Assembly (NCBI GenBank): GCA_002269645.1
Contig: NIVC01000001.1
Span: forward strand, 1 to 64,000
Source: Macrostomum lignano
Lineage: Eukaryota
Length of the DNA stretch: 64,000 bases
Reading direction: 5' to 3'
In this document: one piece after another, positions 37,166-50,275 of the stretch
Position numbering within the stretch: position 1 is the stretch's first letter
How the letters are laid out: every line of letters starts with the position of its first letter
Notes under the pieces: model-generated
Database searches by the model: none
Told to the model about the DNA's origin: nothing
What the model saw: only the letters and a program-made list of their open reading frames with translations
Made by a program: the position numbers and the translations under genes

Positions 37166-39238
37166 AAGTCTGCGTTGTACTTTTAGATTGCAATTCAGGC
37201 TTGAAAAGTCCGATATGAGAGTTTAGTGTATAAGTTTTGTTAAAACTGGTTAAGCCATTTTTTCTAAACTTATGACAGACACTCCACTTTTAGGATTTTG
37301 GATGGAAGGCCCATACACATTTATTATCTGGTACTATGCTTGGTAGGTGTTTGAAAAGTGTTTTATTCTTTAACTGCACTGATTATTTCAAGCATAATAG
37401 TTACATTTTTAATGATCAGTTGGTAAAGGCTAGACACTAATCATGACTATTTAGGTCTTGTATGACTATATTATTAATAACCAGACTCAAAAAACATTAT
37501 TTAATCAAGTATTACCAGAATGACAAGTAGGAAACATGGCTTCATAAGAAAAATTCAAGAACTTCTTAAAACGCAAGAAATTACTAAATGCTGACAAAAA
37601 GACAAGATAAAAAGTTAAAATGTATATTACTTATTACATGGTTGCCCAAACTAAACATTACTACATATATTAAAAGTAAATTTTACAAAAAGGCTTGAAA
37701 GCTGTATAATTTGATTAATTATTAAACTAAGAACTTTCTTTTGAAGCTCAAGTTTCTTATTTATGTATGCAAAAAACCACTTTAGAGAAAAAAACTTTGG
37801 AAAAAATAATATTTTAATATTTAATATTTTAATATTTTAATAGAGGCTGTGAAACTTTATCCTAACAAAATGTGAGAAATTTGAATGACTGCAATCGAAT
37901 TCAAAAGTTGAAGTAAATTTGATAAAATATTTCTATGATATTACATTGTTACCTTCCAATCACCACACTCATTCATTGTTGCAAAAGTTTGACCATCATA
38001 ATAATTATTTAAAAAGTAATAATGTATTATATAAATATTAATAAATATTGTAACCGAAATTGATTCCTACGAGGGTTAGAATAATAGAAATATAGAATTA
38101 TCAACATATGCGGTGCAATGAGGCGACTATTAAAAAAGATGTTATTTACCTACAGTGAGCACACGTGCAGAAACTGCATTTCAGATTTAAACGGAATGTA
38201 ACTAGCGAAGCACTGTTAATATTAACAAAATTTTCTAAAGATGGTAAGTTCGTTACAGCAAAAATGCGTAGTTTATTTTTTTTCTTCGTTTAAACACAGT
38301 TTAATTAAATTTTACTTAGCTATTGTAACATTCTAAATTTAATGTGCTTGGAGTACTCGCTATTCAATTTCTGCTACTCGTTTAGATTTAATTGCACGAT
38401 TATCTATAAATTGATTATTAGAGGCTTTCTAGATTAGGGCTGGTTAGGAAATTATTCAAGCTGCTTCCTCGAACACACCAGGACATATAAGTAGCACCAA
38501 TAGAAAATTACCCTATTGAAATTTTCGGTTTTCCGTGTCATTCTGGGTCGTGCCAATCAAACTAACGATTGCCGAAAGTGTAAATGGTTTAAAATGTCAA
38601 TTTACAGCAATCAGTTTTATTTCTGTGTTGGTTTCCAGACTGATATTCAGTCTAACAGAATCTAGCAATCCAGCAACAGTATTTAACAATATCAACTTGA
38701 ACCATAAGATCCAATTCATCGACGTTTAGTTTCATTAAAATTATTTTAAAATTATTTATTATAATTTTTAATTTACGAATGCCTGCCATGTGTCCTTCGT
38801 TAGAAAACACAGAGTTTTTCAATAATTTCTCAAAGCATTATTTAAAGAAATGATTCAATTTATAGGTGTTTTTGCGACTCTATTTCTGTTAATTCTATTA
38901 CTTTACTTTATAAGCAAGACTACCCTCGTTTGAGTCTCTAATTGATAGAAATTAATATTGCTATTCATTAAAGGTCGATATATTAATGCATTAATCACAA
39001 AATTTTCTTTAAAACTTTGGAAGCCGTACCCGTACACTTGCTGATTCATTATTTTCGTTTTTATGCTAACGAATAGAATGAATTTGTTGAACAAGGAAAT
39101 GCGGACTGATTACTGTAATATACATGTAAAGCTATAACACTGCATGCAATTATGATTGAATCTGAAATATAGGAACAAATTTCACAATGCTCCCTAAAAA
39201 CCTGCATTCAACCTTTTCCAGCAGCCAATACAGCAAGC

Positions 39239-42200
39239 ATGGACGACTGCACCTTGGAAAAGCTGGGTGTAAAGCCGGGCCCTTTAACACCCGCCTTTAA
39301 CAAAAATGTTACCAGCTATTTCATCACGCTGGCTAGTGATGCTGAAGCCATCACCCTGGACCCGCGAACCAGCGACAATGGCGCCTCCTATGAGATTAAG
39401 GTAGTGCATCAGATCCTTGAAATTCAGCCAAAGTTTTCAATTGTTGGCTTTGTTTGAATAAAAAAAATTTCCATAACTGTCACAACAGGGCGGCGGAGGC
39501 GGTGGCAAAACGGTTCCTGTAGAGCCAGGAGCGAAGCTCACTCTGACTATTCAGGTCACAGCAGAGGACGGTCAAACCACCAGAAATTATGTGATCGCTG
39601 TGAACCGACTATCAGCCAAGGATGCCAGTTTGGCGTCCTTGACTGTTGGCCTGGAGGGCTGCCTGGAGCCCGCGTTCAGCCCGGAGCAGCTCAGCTACGA
39701 GTGTGAGGCGGGTCGGGGTGGCTGAATTGTCGATTAAAAATCAGCCCTGATAAATGGGGATAACAGAATGGCAATCTGTGTGGTGTCGTCATTGAAGAGG
39801 AGAGAAATACTCGTATGAAAGATTCATAATTATTACCAACAGAGACAAAAATCTTAGAGGAGAGAGGGGGAGAAGCAAGAGAGAGAAAAGAGAAGAGAGA
39901 GAGAGAGGGGTGAGCGAAAGAGGTAGAGAGGTAGCTAGAGGAGTAAAAGAGGTAGAAAAATAGAGGGACAGAGGGAAAGAGATAGAGAGACAGAGAGGTA
40001 CAGAGCAAGGACCACTAGAATTTACCGTTGTATCCGCTATGCTAGTAGATTCTAGTGATCCTTGGTAGAGAGGGAGAGAGGTAGAGAGATTAGAGATAGA
40101 GAGCGAGAGAGGGAGAGAGGTAAAGAGGTAAAGAGGGAGGGAGGGAGAGGAGAGAGGGAGAGAGAGGAGTAGAGAGGGAGGGAAGGAGAGAGATAAAGAA
40201 AGGGAGAGGGAGAAAGGGAGAGAGGGAGAGAGGTAGAGGTAGAGAGAGTTAAAGAGGAGACAGGTAGTTGGCGCTTGAGAGTGTCAACTCAAGCCCATAA
40301 AATCTCTATTCACTGCTCACCTTCAACCAGGCCAAGTTCCGTACTCGGCGACCACTCTGAAAGTGGAAGCGGCGGTGTCTGATTCGAAGATCGGGGTCAC
40401 AGTTCAGGCAGACGCAATGTCCGACGGAGCGGTGACGCTAAATCTGGGTGCCACCAGCGTGCTTATTGAGGTCCGGTCTGCGGACGGATCAACGAAGCGG
40501 GTAAGAGTCCTCCTTGCACCTGAAGATCCAACTGAACTAAAGATAATCTGAAGCAATCTTAGACGCTTAAAGACACCCAGGAAATGTTATCGATTCTTCT
40601 CTCCCCTCCTCTCTCCCCTTTTCTCTCCCCTCTTCTCTCCCTTCCTCTTTCCCTCCTCTTTCCCTCCTCTCCCCTCCTCTCCCCTCTTCTCTCCCCTCTT
40701 CTCTCCCCTCCTCTCTCCCCTCCTCTCTCCCCTCCTCTCTCCCCTCTTCTCTCCCCTCTTCTCTCCCCTCTTCTCTCCCCTCTTCTCTCCCCTCCTCTCT
40801 CCCCTCCTCTCTCCCCTCTTCTCTCCCCTCCTCTCTCCCCTCTTCTCTCCCCTCTTCTCTCCCCTCTTCTCTCCCCTCTTCTCTCCCCTCCTCTCTCCCC
40901 TCCTCTCTCCCCTCCTCTCTCCCCTCCTCTCTCCCCTCTTCTCTCCCCTCCTCTCTCCCCTCCTCTCTCCCCTCCTCTCTCCCCTCCTCTCTCCCCTCCT
41001 CTCTCCCTCCTCTCTTCCCTCCTCTCTCCCTCCTCTCTTCCCTCTTCCCTCCCTCCCCTCCCCTCCTCTCCCCTCCTCTCTCCCCTCCTCTCTCCCCTCC
41101 TTTGCCTTCTTCTCTATCCCTTCTTTTCTCTCCTCTCTCCTCCCTCCTCTTCAGTCCTCTTATCTTATACTTTTTATCTCATCCCATATCTCACCTCTCC
41201 TCTCTTCTCTCTTCTATCATCTTCTATTCCTTGTCCTCTCATCCGACCTGCAGCCTTGTTCTGGATTTTTTATCTGGCCTTTGAAGTAAAAAAGTTTGCC
41301 AATCCCTGGTTCAGTTTATAAATGGAGAATCTGTTTATAAAAATGCATAAAAGAGACATAAAAGAACAGCTGAAAACACAAACAGTCACCCTATAAGGAG
41401 TCAAGATACTCGCAGATGCCACAGAATCCACTGAAGGCGCGGGTCCTCAACCGCACTCAAAAAACTTAAACGCACGCAGCTGTACAGCCTCACCGTGCTC
41501 AGGGGCGTCTGTCCTCGGCACATTCAGCTGACCGACCCCGCCGAAGCCGCCAGCTTGGAGGATCCGATCAGCCTGTCGCTGCTGCACCGGCCAGTCAGCC
41601 TGCCGTCGTCAGCCGACCCAGCTCAGCTGTACTCAGCCCAGCTTCTGGACGCCGCGTTCCGCCCGAGTCGCACCGACCCGGCGGACGGTTCGCCGTTGCC
41701 GCCGTCCGAGACTGCCAACGCGGCTGCCGCAGCCAGCGGCGACATCAAGTGGCAGCCTCGTCCGGACGCCGCCGCCGACGCTCGGCTGTCCGCCTGTCCG
41801 GCCGAGATTGTCGATTTGCGCGCCGGCGCCGGCGGGGCATCTACTCTGCGCGCTAAAGCGGCGCGACAAATCGGCGCCGATCTAGCGGCGCGGACGTCGG
41901 CAAGTATGAGTGAGCTGCGCAAGAACTACCAGCACTGCAAGCCGGACGCCGCCACTGCGCCTGACGCCGCACGACAGTGGGAACGGCGGCTGAGGAACAT
42001 CTTCGACGTCAGCGACGCCAAACAGTTGGTGGAAATGGGAGAAAAGAGCGCTCAGCAGTACCTGGACAGCCTGCCAGAGGATCCAGGTGAGGCCTCGATC
42101 GGCGCATGAATGAGGGCACGGTTTTGTGGGGTTTACAACTGGGGGAGGGGAGAGAATCACAGCGCATGGGGTTTACAACTGGGAGAGAGAATCAGGGCAT

Positions 42201-45200
42201 GGGGTTTACAACTGGGGAGAGAATCAGAGCATGGGGTTTACAACTGGGGGGGGGAGAATCACAGGGCTTGGGGTTTACAACCGGGGGGAGAGAATCAGGG
42301 CTTGGGGTTTACAACCGGGGGGAGAGAATCAGAGCATGGGGTTTACAACCGGGGGGAGAGAATCAGAGCATGGGGTTTACAACTGGGGGAGAAAATCAGG
42401 GCATGGGGTTTACAACTGGGGGGAGAGAATCAGGGCATGGGGTTTACAACTGGGGGGAGAGAATCAGGGCATGGGGTTTACAACTGGGGGGAAGAATCAC
42501 AGGGCTTGGGGTTTACAACTGGGGGAGAGAATCAGGGCATGGGGTTTACAACTGGGGGAGAGAATCAGGGCATGGGGTTTACAACTGGGGGGAGAGAATC
42601 AGGGCATGGGGTTTACAACTGGGGGAGAGAATCAGAGCATGGGGTTTACAACTGAGGGAGAGAATCAGAGCATGGGGTTTACAACTGGGGGGAGAGAAGC
42701 AGGGCATGAGGTTCACAACTGGGGGGAGAGAATCAAGGTTAGGTAGTCAGATGCACATAGAGGGAGAGGCTGATCAGATGTACGTCCAATTTTGGGCCAT
42801 ACTAGTTAAAGCAACAGGAGCAACTCCTCTCATCCCTCGCAGCCATCAGCCGCAGCTACCCAGCCGGCAGCTCTCCACAGGACCACCTGCTGCGAGCCTG
42901 CAACGCGTACGCTTGCGCCATCGATGCAGCTGGCAGCTCTGCGCCCAACCGCTGGCAGCTGCACCTGCGGCTCGGTCAGCTGCTGGAGGAGATGCAGCAC
43001 TGCCAGGATGTGCGCGGAGTAAAAATCGCCGACGCAATGGCTGGCGACACTGGCGCGGCCACGTCCGCTGGCACGGACACCGCGGCTCTGGACAGCGCCA
43101 AGGAGGACGAGATCGACGCCATCTGCCGACTGCGCGGAGTGTCGGACAGCGCCGGACTTGGCGCCAAGCTGAGGGCGCTGGACGCCGAGATGCGACATCT
43201 AAGAGACCAGGTGAGAAGGGCTAATCAGTAATTAAATCTCATAATCTCAATAATTCCCCTCATGAGCCTTGACAGCTCAATAATTCCCCTCATGAGCCTT
43301 GACAGCTCAATAATTCCCATCATGAGCCTTGACAGCCCAGTAATTCTCCTCATGAGCCTTGACAGCTTAATAACTCCCTTTATGAGCCTTGACAGCTCAA
43401 TAACTCCCTTTATGAGCCTTGACAGCTCAATAATTCCCCTCATGAGCCTTGACAGCTCAATAATTCCCCTCATGAGCCTTGACAGCTCAATAATTCCCCT
43501 CATGAGCCTTGACAGCCCAGTAATTCTCCTCATGAGCCTTGACAGTTCAATAACTCCCTTTATGAGCCTTGGCATCTCCAAAATTCCGTTCACGGGCCTT
43601 GAAATTTCAGCAATTCCCACCGAGCCACAGAATTTCAGCGATTTCCCCCATAAGCCATGACCTCTTAACAATTCCCCCATGAACACAGTGGGGAATTATC
43701 ATTACGATCATCAATCGTCAATATCATTATGATTGTAAATAAATCATCAGAAAAGCGATAGCAACGTCCGACTTAATCTAATTGGCTAAAAATTTCATTA
43801 ACAAAACTGATTATATCTAACTCACTGGTTGAGCATTGAATTCCTTCAAGGGCCAAAGCTCCAAGGCGGACTCAGTGCAGTCTCTGTTCCTGTGGAAGAG
43901 TCGCCAGGCCACGGCGGAGGGCGCCGCCCAGCAGAGGGCCGCGTCGTCCGAGTCGCCGCTATCGCACGCGCTGGACAAATACCGAGACGCGCTCAGCCTG
44001 GCCGATTCCAATGGCGAGCTGCATTGCCACGTTGGAAGGCTAATGGTTGCTAGGGGCGAGTATGGGGAAGCCATTAGGTGAGATCATTTTTTAATACATT
44101 AAGTCGATTTCAATTTCTTTAATTATAACAGGGAAGAGTTAAAACAAAGTTTCAAGTCTCTAAACTGAGTTGGGGCAGAGAGAAAAGGGGTTGGTGTCTG
44201 AACTGGGTTGGGGCAGAGATGGAAGGGGTTTGTGTCTGAACTGGGTTGGGGCAGAGATGGAAGGGGTTTGTGTCTGAACTGGGTTGGGGCAGAGAGGGAA
44301 GGGGTTGGTGGCTGAACTGGGTTGAGGCAGGGGTTGGTGTCTGAACTGGGTTGGGGCAGAGAGGGAAGGGGTTTGTGTCTGAACTGGGTTGGGGCAGAGA
44401 TGGAAGGGGTTGGTGTCTGAACTGGGTTGGGGCAGAGATGGAAGGGGTTTGTGTCTGAACTGGGTTGGGGCAGAGAGGGAAGGGGTTGGTGTCTGAACTG
44501 GGTTGAGGCAGGGGTTGGTGTCTGAACTGGGTTGGGGCAGAGAGGGAAGGGGTTTGTGTCTGAACTGGGTTGGGGCAGAGATGGAAGGGGTTGGTGTCTG
44601 AACTGGGTTGGGGCAGAGAGGGAAGGGGTTGGTGTCTGAACTGGGTTGAGGCAGGGGTTGGTGTCTGAACTGGGTTGGGGCAGAGAGGGAAGGGGTTTGT
44701 GTCTGAACTGGGTTGGGGCAGAGATGGAAGGGGTTTGTGTCTGAACTGGGTTGGGGCAGAGAGGGAAGGGGTTGGTGTCTGAACTGTGTGGGGGCAGAGA
44801 GGGAAGGGGTTGGTGTCTGAATGTCTGAACTGGGTTGGGGCAGAGAGGGAACTTTATTCAGGACAGCGTCAGAGAGACACCGTCAGAGAGGTTGGTGTTT
44901 GAACTATGTTGGTGCAGAGAGAGAAGGGGTGGGTGTCTGAACTGAGTTAGAGCAGAGAGTGGATGGCTGAACTGTGTAAGGGGCAGAGAGGGAAGGGGTG
45001 GGTGTCTGAACTGGGTTGGGGCAAAGAGGGAAGGGGTGGGTGTCTGCACTGTGCTGGGGAAGAGAGAGAAAGGGAGTGACGGGAGCGTGAGTGACGGCAG
45101 AGGGAGGGAGTTTCTGAATTGCGTGAGGTCGAACGCTCTTACCACTCCAACCCTTTACTCGCAGACGCCTCGAGTCGGCCCTATCCTGGCAGCCGAATAA

Positions 45201-48200
45201 CCCTGCTGCTCGTCTCTACCTCGGCGCAGCACTTGCACGGGATATTCTCCAGTCGGGCAAGGACTCCCAGCCGCCCAGAGCGCCGGAGGCGATCGACCTG
45301 TTGTGCGACGGGTTGGAGACGCTGCTGCAGCGGCTGCAGGCGAAGCCCGAGTCCAAACGGTGCCTGTTTGCCGAGGAGCCGCTGCAGCCGACGGACCATG
45401 CACTGCTCAGAGCTTCCCTCTCTCTGGGCCAGCTGACTCCCGAGCAGCAGGGTCCGCTGCGGGCGGCCCGGCTGCACCAAGCCTGCCTGATGATCTCGCG
45501 GGCTCTGGCGCTGCTGCCGCCGCGCTGCGAACGGCGCCAGCTGGTGCGCCGGCTTCTCATCGATTGCCACGCAGCGCTGCTGCCGTCGAATCGAAGCGCG
45601 GCTGACGAGGCCGGTGAGCTGCTGCTAACGCGTCGCTGCCGCAGCCTGTCGGCGCTAATTGCCTCGGCGTCCTCGACGATGTCGGCGGATCCGGAGCTGG
45701 CAGCTCTGCAGCGCCGCGTGGCGGAGACTCTGGTCCGCGCCAACCCGTTCTGGTCGCCTGCGCTCTGTCAGCTTGGCGCCGCTCAGCTGGCGCGGGTGGA
45801 AGCTACGACGGAGCCGACGGATGCCGAGGAGCGCCGGCGATGCCTGGCCGACGCCGAGGCGTCGCTGCGAACAGCCATCGAGCTGGAGGGCCGACCGGCC
45901 GCGGGAACGACGCCGCCGGAGCGGCTGAGCAGCCAGGACTGGTGGCAGCGGGCCGACGCCGAGGAAGCCAAAGCAAAAGCGGCGGCGGAAGCGCCGAAAG
46001 CGGCAGCCGCCGCTGCGCCGCCGCCAGCTGCTGCAACTGCGCCTGCAAGTCGAGGCGGTGCCAGAGGTGCGGACCTCAATTGTAAAGTGCTTTCTGTATG
46101 CAGCTAGGGAAATAAAGTGCATCGTTACCATGCCCATCAGTTGAGGTTTGCCCAATGTCACAACAGCCCAGAAGCTCTGTCCAGCTAAAGGCCAGTGGCA
46201 GAGGTCAGAGATGATGCCCAGAGACAGGTTTATTAAATCTCATTATTTTCTAATTATTGATTTGCACAGGTGGCGTCAGAGGTGGCGCTGCTCAGACAGG
46301 GAGAGGCGCTGCCACCGCGCCAGCTCCTAGTAGAGGCGGCGCTGCTGCAAGAGGTGGCGCCACAAGAGGTGGCGCTGCTGCAAGAGGCGGCGCCACATCA
46401 ACAAGGGGTGGCGCTACCGCAACGAGAGGTGGAGGCGCCGCAGCTGCCAAAGGCCCCGCAGCCGCAAAAGCAGCGACTCCCGCTGAACCGTCGGCGCCGC
46501 AGACTCCGCAGCAACCGGCAGCCGAATCGGCGCCAGAATCTGCGCCAGTATCGGCGTCACAACCGGCGCCAAAGCCGTCAAAACCAGCGCCAATTAATCG
46601 TCCGAGCGCCGCTGCCCGGTTAACTCTGGCGCGCACCCTCCGCGCCGCGGAGAAGCCGGACGAGGCGCTGGCCATGTTCGAGGAGGCGCAGAGAATGTCG
46701 CCAGGCTGTCACGACGCCTACATCGAGGCCGCCGATATGCTCCTGGCCGGTCCGCAGCCGCTGCGCGCCGTGGACATCTACTGCCGATTCCCCGTCTCCG
46801 ACGCCGGCAATCCGTCATTTGACGACGCGTACATCTTCGGCGAAATTGTCCGCCTTCTGGTTAAGCACGAGAAGTTCGATGACGCCCGCCTGCCGGAGTA
46901 CATGATCAAGTGGGGCCGCGTCATGGGACTGCGTGAGTGCGAGCGGCCGGTTGTGTTGTTGTTGCTTGGTTGTGTTGTTTTTTGGTTGTGTTGTTGTTAC
47001 ATTGTTGTGTTGTTGTTTAGTTGTATTGTTGTTGCTTAGTTGTGTTGTTGTTGCTTGGTTGTGTTGTTTCTTGGTTGTGTTGTTTCTTGGTTGTGTTGCT
47101 GTTGCATTGTTGTGCTGTTGTTTAGTTGTGTTGTTGTTACTTAGTTAGGTTGTTGTTGCTTAGTTGTGTTGTTGTTACATTGTTGTGTTGTTGTTTAGTT
47201 GTATTGTTGTTGCTTAGTTGTGTTGTTGTTGCCTGGTTGTGTTATTTCTTGGTTGTGTTGCTGTTGCATTGTTGTGCTGTTGTTTAGTTGTGTTGTTGTT
47301 ACCTAGTTAGGTTGTTGTTGCTTAGTTGTGTTGTTGCTTAGTTGTGTTGTTGATTAGTTGTGTTGTTGATTAGTTGTGTTGTTGTTGCTTAGTTGTGTTG
47401 TTGTTGCTTGGTTGTGTTGTTTCTTGGTTGTGTTGTTTCTTGGTTGTGTTGCTGTTGCATTGTTGTGCTGTTGTTTAGTTGTGTTGTTGTTACTTAGTTA
47501 GGTTGTTGTTGCTTAGTTGTGTTGTTGTTACATTGTTGTGTTGTTGTTTAGTTGTATTGTTGTTGCTTAGTTGTGTTGTTGTTGCTTGGTTGTGTTATTT
47601 CTTGGTTGTGTTGCTGTTGCATTGTTGTGCTGTTGTTTAGTTGTGTTGTTGTTACCTAGTTAGGTTGTTGTTGCTTAGTTGTGTTGTTGCTTAGTTGTGT
47701 TGTTGATTAGTTGTGTTGTTGATTAGTTGTGTTGTTGTTGCTTAGTTGTGTTGTTGTTGCTTGGTTGTGTTGTTTCTTGGTTGTGTTGTTTCTTGGTTGT
47801 GTTGCTGTTGCATTGTTGTGCTGTTGTTTAGTTGTGTTGTTGTTACTTAGTTAGGTTGTTGTTGCTTAGTTGTGTTGTTGTTACATTGTTGTGTTGTTGT
47901 TTAGTTGTATTGTTGTTGCTTAGTTGTGTTGTTGTTGCTTGGTTGTGTTATTTCTTGGTTGTGTTGCTGTTGCATTGTTGTGCTGTTGTTTAGTTGTGTT
48001 GTTGTTACCTAGTTAGGTTGTTGTTGCTTAGTTGTGTTGTTGCTTAGTTGTGTTGTTGATTAGTTGTGTTGTTGATTAGTTGTGTTGTTGTTGCTTAGTT
48101 GTGTTGTTGTTGCTTGGTTGTGTTGTTTCTTGGTTGTGTTGTTTCTTGGTTGTGTTGCTGTTGCATTGTTGTGCTGTTGTTTAGTTGTGTTGTTGTTACT

Positions 48201-48944
48201 TAGTTAGGTTGTTGTTGCTTAGTTGTGTTGTTGTTACATTGTTGTGTTGTTGTTTAGTTGTATTGTTGTTGCTTAGTTGTGTTGTTGTTGCTTGGTTGTG
48301 TTATTTCTTGGTTGTGTTGCTGTTGCATTGTTGTGCTGTTGTTTAGTTGTGTTGTTGTTACCTAGTTAGGTTGTTGTTGCTTAGTTGTGTTGTTGCTTAG
48401 TTGTGTTGTTGATTAGTTGTGTTGTTGATTAGTTGTGTTGTTGTTGCTTAGTTGTGTTGTTGTTGCTTAGTTGTGTTGTTGTTGCTTGATTGTGTTGTTT
48501 CTTGGTTGTGTTGTTGTTGCATTGTTGTGCTGTTGTTTAGTTGTGTTGTTGTTACTTAGTTAGGTTGTTGTTGCTTAGTTGTGTTGTTGCTTAGTTGTGT
48601 TGTTGATTAGTTGTGTTGTTGATTCGTTGTGTTGTTGTTGCTTAGTTGTGTTGTTGTTGCTTAGTTGTGTTGTTGTTGTTTCTTTGTGTTGTGGCTTTAG
48701 TGTCAAAAAAGGGTTGAGAAAGTTGCTTCGAGCACTGCAATGCACTGGTCTTGATACTTTACAAGTGAATAATTTCAATCCCTGACGGCACACTCCATTC
48801 CCAGCCATCCTGGACAAGTACATTGCCACGCTGGAGGACAAGATGAAGACTGGAATCTGCAAGCAGGTCTACGCGGGAGTCAACGGGCGCTCAGTGGACG
48901 ACTTGGAAATGCAGGCCTTCTTCAAGGCCAGATGCTGGGACTGA
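39239..48944 (+). CDS. Uncharacterised ~1150-aa protein: two cadherin-like beta-sandwich repeats, U-box-like segment, TPR repeats, RGG/Ala-Pro linker; 9 exons
   Basis: Exons 39239-39400, 39489-39702, 40331-40500, 41480-42086, 42843-43210, 43851-44077, 45165-46066, 46270-46932, 48805-48944. All are GT-AG with matching phases and total 3453 nt. Motifs LTPAFNKNVTSY and LEPAFSPEQLSY..VTAEDG..Y (beta-sandwich), EDPISLSLL..PV..TDPADGSPL (U-box-like), and TPR-like helices. Confidence 0.88.
39850..40260. repeat. GA-rich low-complexity tract (intron 2 of TPR gene)
   Basis: Almost pure A/G. Confidence 0.9.
40598..41230. repeat. 12-bp CT-rich repeat (CTCTCCCCTCYT) in intron 3
   Basis: Tandem polypyrimidine units. 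Confidence 0.93.
42130..42735. repeat. ~33-bp G-rich minisatellite (GGGGTTTACAACTGGGGGAGAGAATCAGGGCAT) in intron 4
   Basis: About 18 copies with variable G-run length. Confidence 0.95.
43245..43575. repeat. 30-bp minisatellite (CATGAGCCTTGACAGCTCAATAATTCCCCT) in intron 5
   Basis: About 11 copies. Confidence 0.95.
44165..44850. repeat. 38-bp G-rich minisatellite (GTGTCTGAACTGGGTTGGGGCAGAGAGGGAAGGGGTTG) in intron 6
   Basis: About 18 copies, interspersed with shorter deletion variants. Confidence 0.95.
46950..48690. repeat. GTT/GT-rich degenerate microsatellite with a 353-bp higher-order period (intron 8)
   Basis: Landmark TGATTAG recurs at 47351, 47704, 48057 and 48410. Confidence 0.92.
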
Positions 48945-49904
48945 TGAGGACTTGAGATGCTGGGACTGATGAGGACTGGGGATGATGGAACTTTTGGAAT
49001 AATCGAACTGGACTGACGAAACATTAGATAAAAAATTATCGTAGCTTTTGCATGCCGCCAAACTGTACTATTAAATTCTGCATGAAACGTACTTTTAAAA
49101 TGTACTTCTATACTATTTTAGAAAACAGTGTTTAGAATTATTGTGTTTAGCTCGCGTTAAAACTCAAAGTCCTTGCTTCTATCTCGATCTACGTTCGCAC
49201 TTTCAATATAGAGCTTAGAATATGCCACTATTCGAATTATAAGTTGCTTCTCTGCTTTATTTTGTTTAATTCTCATTTTCATTCTCTACCGTCCAAATAT
49301 TTTATTCAATAAAATTTCGAATTTCTATGCTACTATTTTTCAGGTTTTTACAAATTTAACGAATTTTTTATTTGCATAAGCTGAGACTTTTAGGTTTATA
49401 AATAGATATAAAGGACATCATTTTTCCATATTTCTACTTTCAGTAGAGAAATTCGACTACTAGCTGGTTGTTTGAATAATTTTGTTTATCTTACACTGAT
49501 AAACTAATTTTCTAGGTCACTGCAAGGTCGCTCCAATCTGACTGTTTTTATTAGGACTTGGAGCAGCGATGCTCCCTCAGAACATGCCTGGGCCCTCGCT
49601 TCAAGTAAAATCTGCACGCGTTGACCTCGTGTGACCTTTACTGCTCTGTTTCTCTTGACCAACTGAAAAGTGCAACAACAAAGGCTCTAGCCTCTGCACT
49701 GCTGGAAATGGGTCAGTTAGAAGCCCAGCAACTTTAAGCCAGCCAAATACTTCCGTAACAATGCAAAAAAACCTTTGCTGTGTACTTTTACAGTTGCATT
49801 TCTTTGCAATCTCATGTATTTTTGCGCCTGACAGTCACATTGACGGCCCTGACAATGCCAATGACGCTCCTGATAAGTTCACTGGCGCCCTTGACATAAA
49901 CTTG

Positions 49905-50275
49905 TGCACCTGACAATCATCTCATTGGCACTCCTGACAATCTCATTAGCACTCCTGACAATCTCATCGGCACCCCTGACAATCTCATTGGCACTCCTGA
50001 CAATCTCATTGGCACTCCTGACAATCTCATTGGCACTCCTGACAATCTCATTGGCACACCTGAAAATCTCATTGGCACTCCTGACAATCTCATTGGCACT
50101 CCTGACAATCTCATTGGCACTCCTGACAATCTCATTGGCACTCCTGACAATCTCATTGGCACTCCTGACAATCTCATTGGCACTCCTGACAATCTCATTG
50201 GCACACCTGACAATCTCATTGGCACACCTGACAATCTCATTGGCACACCTGACAATCTCATTGGCACACCTGACA
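49905..50275. repeat. 21-bp tandem repeat (GGCACTCCTGACAATCTCATT)
   Basis: About 17 copies. Confidence 0.96.
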
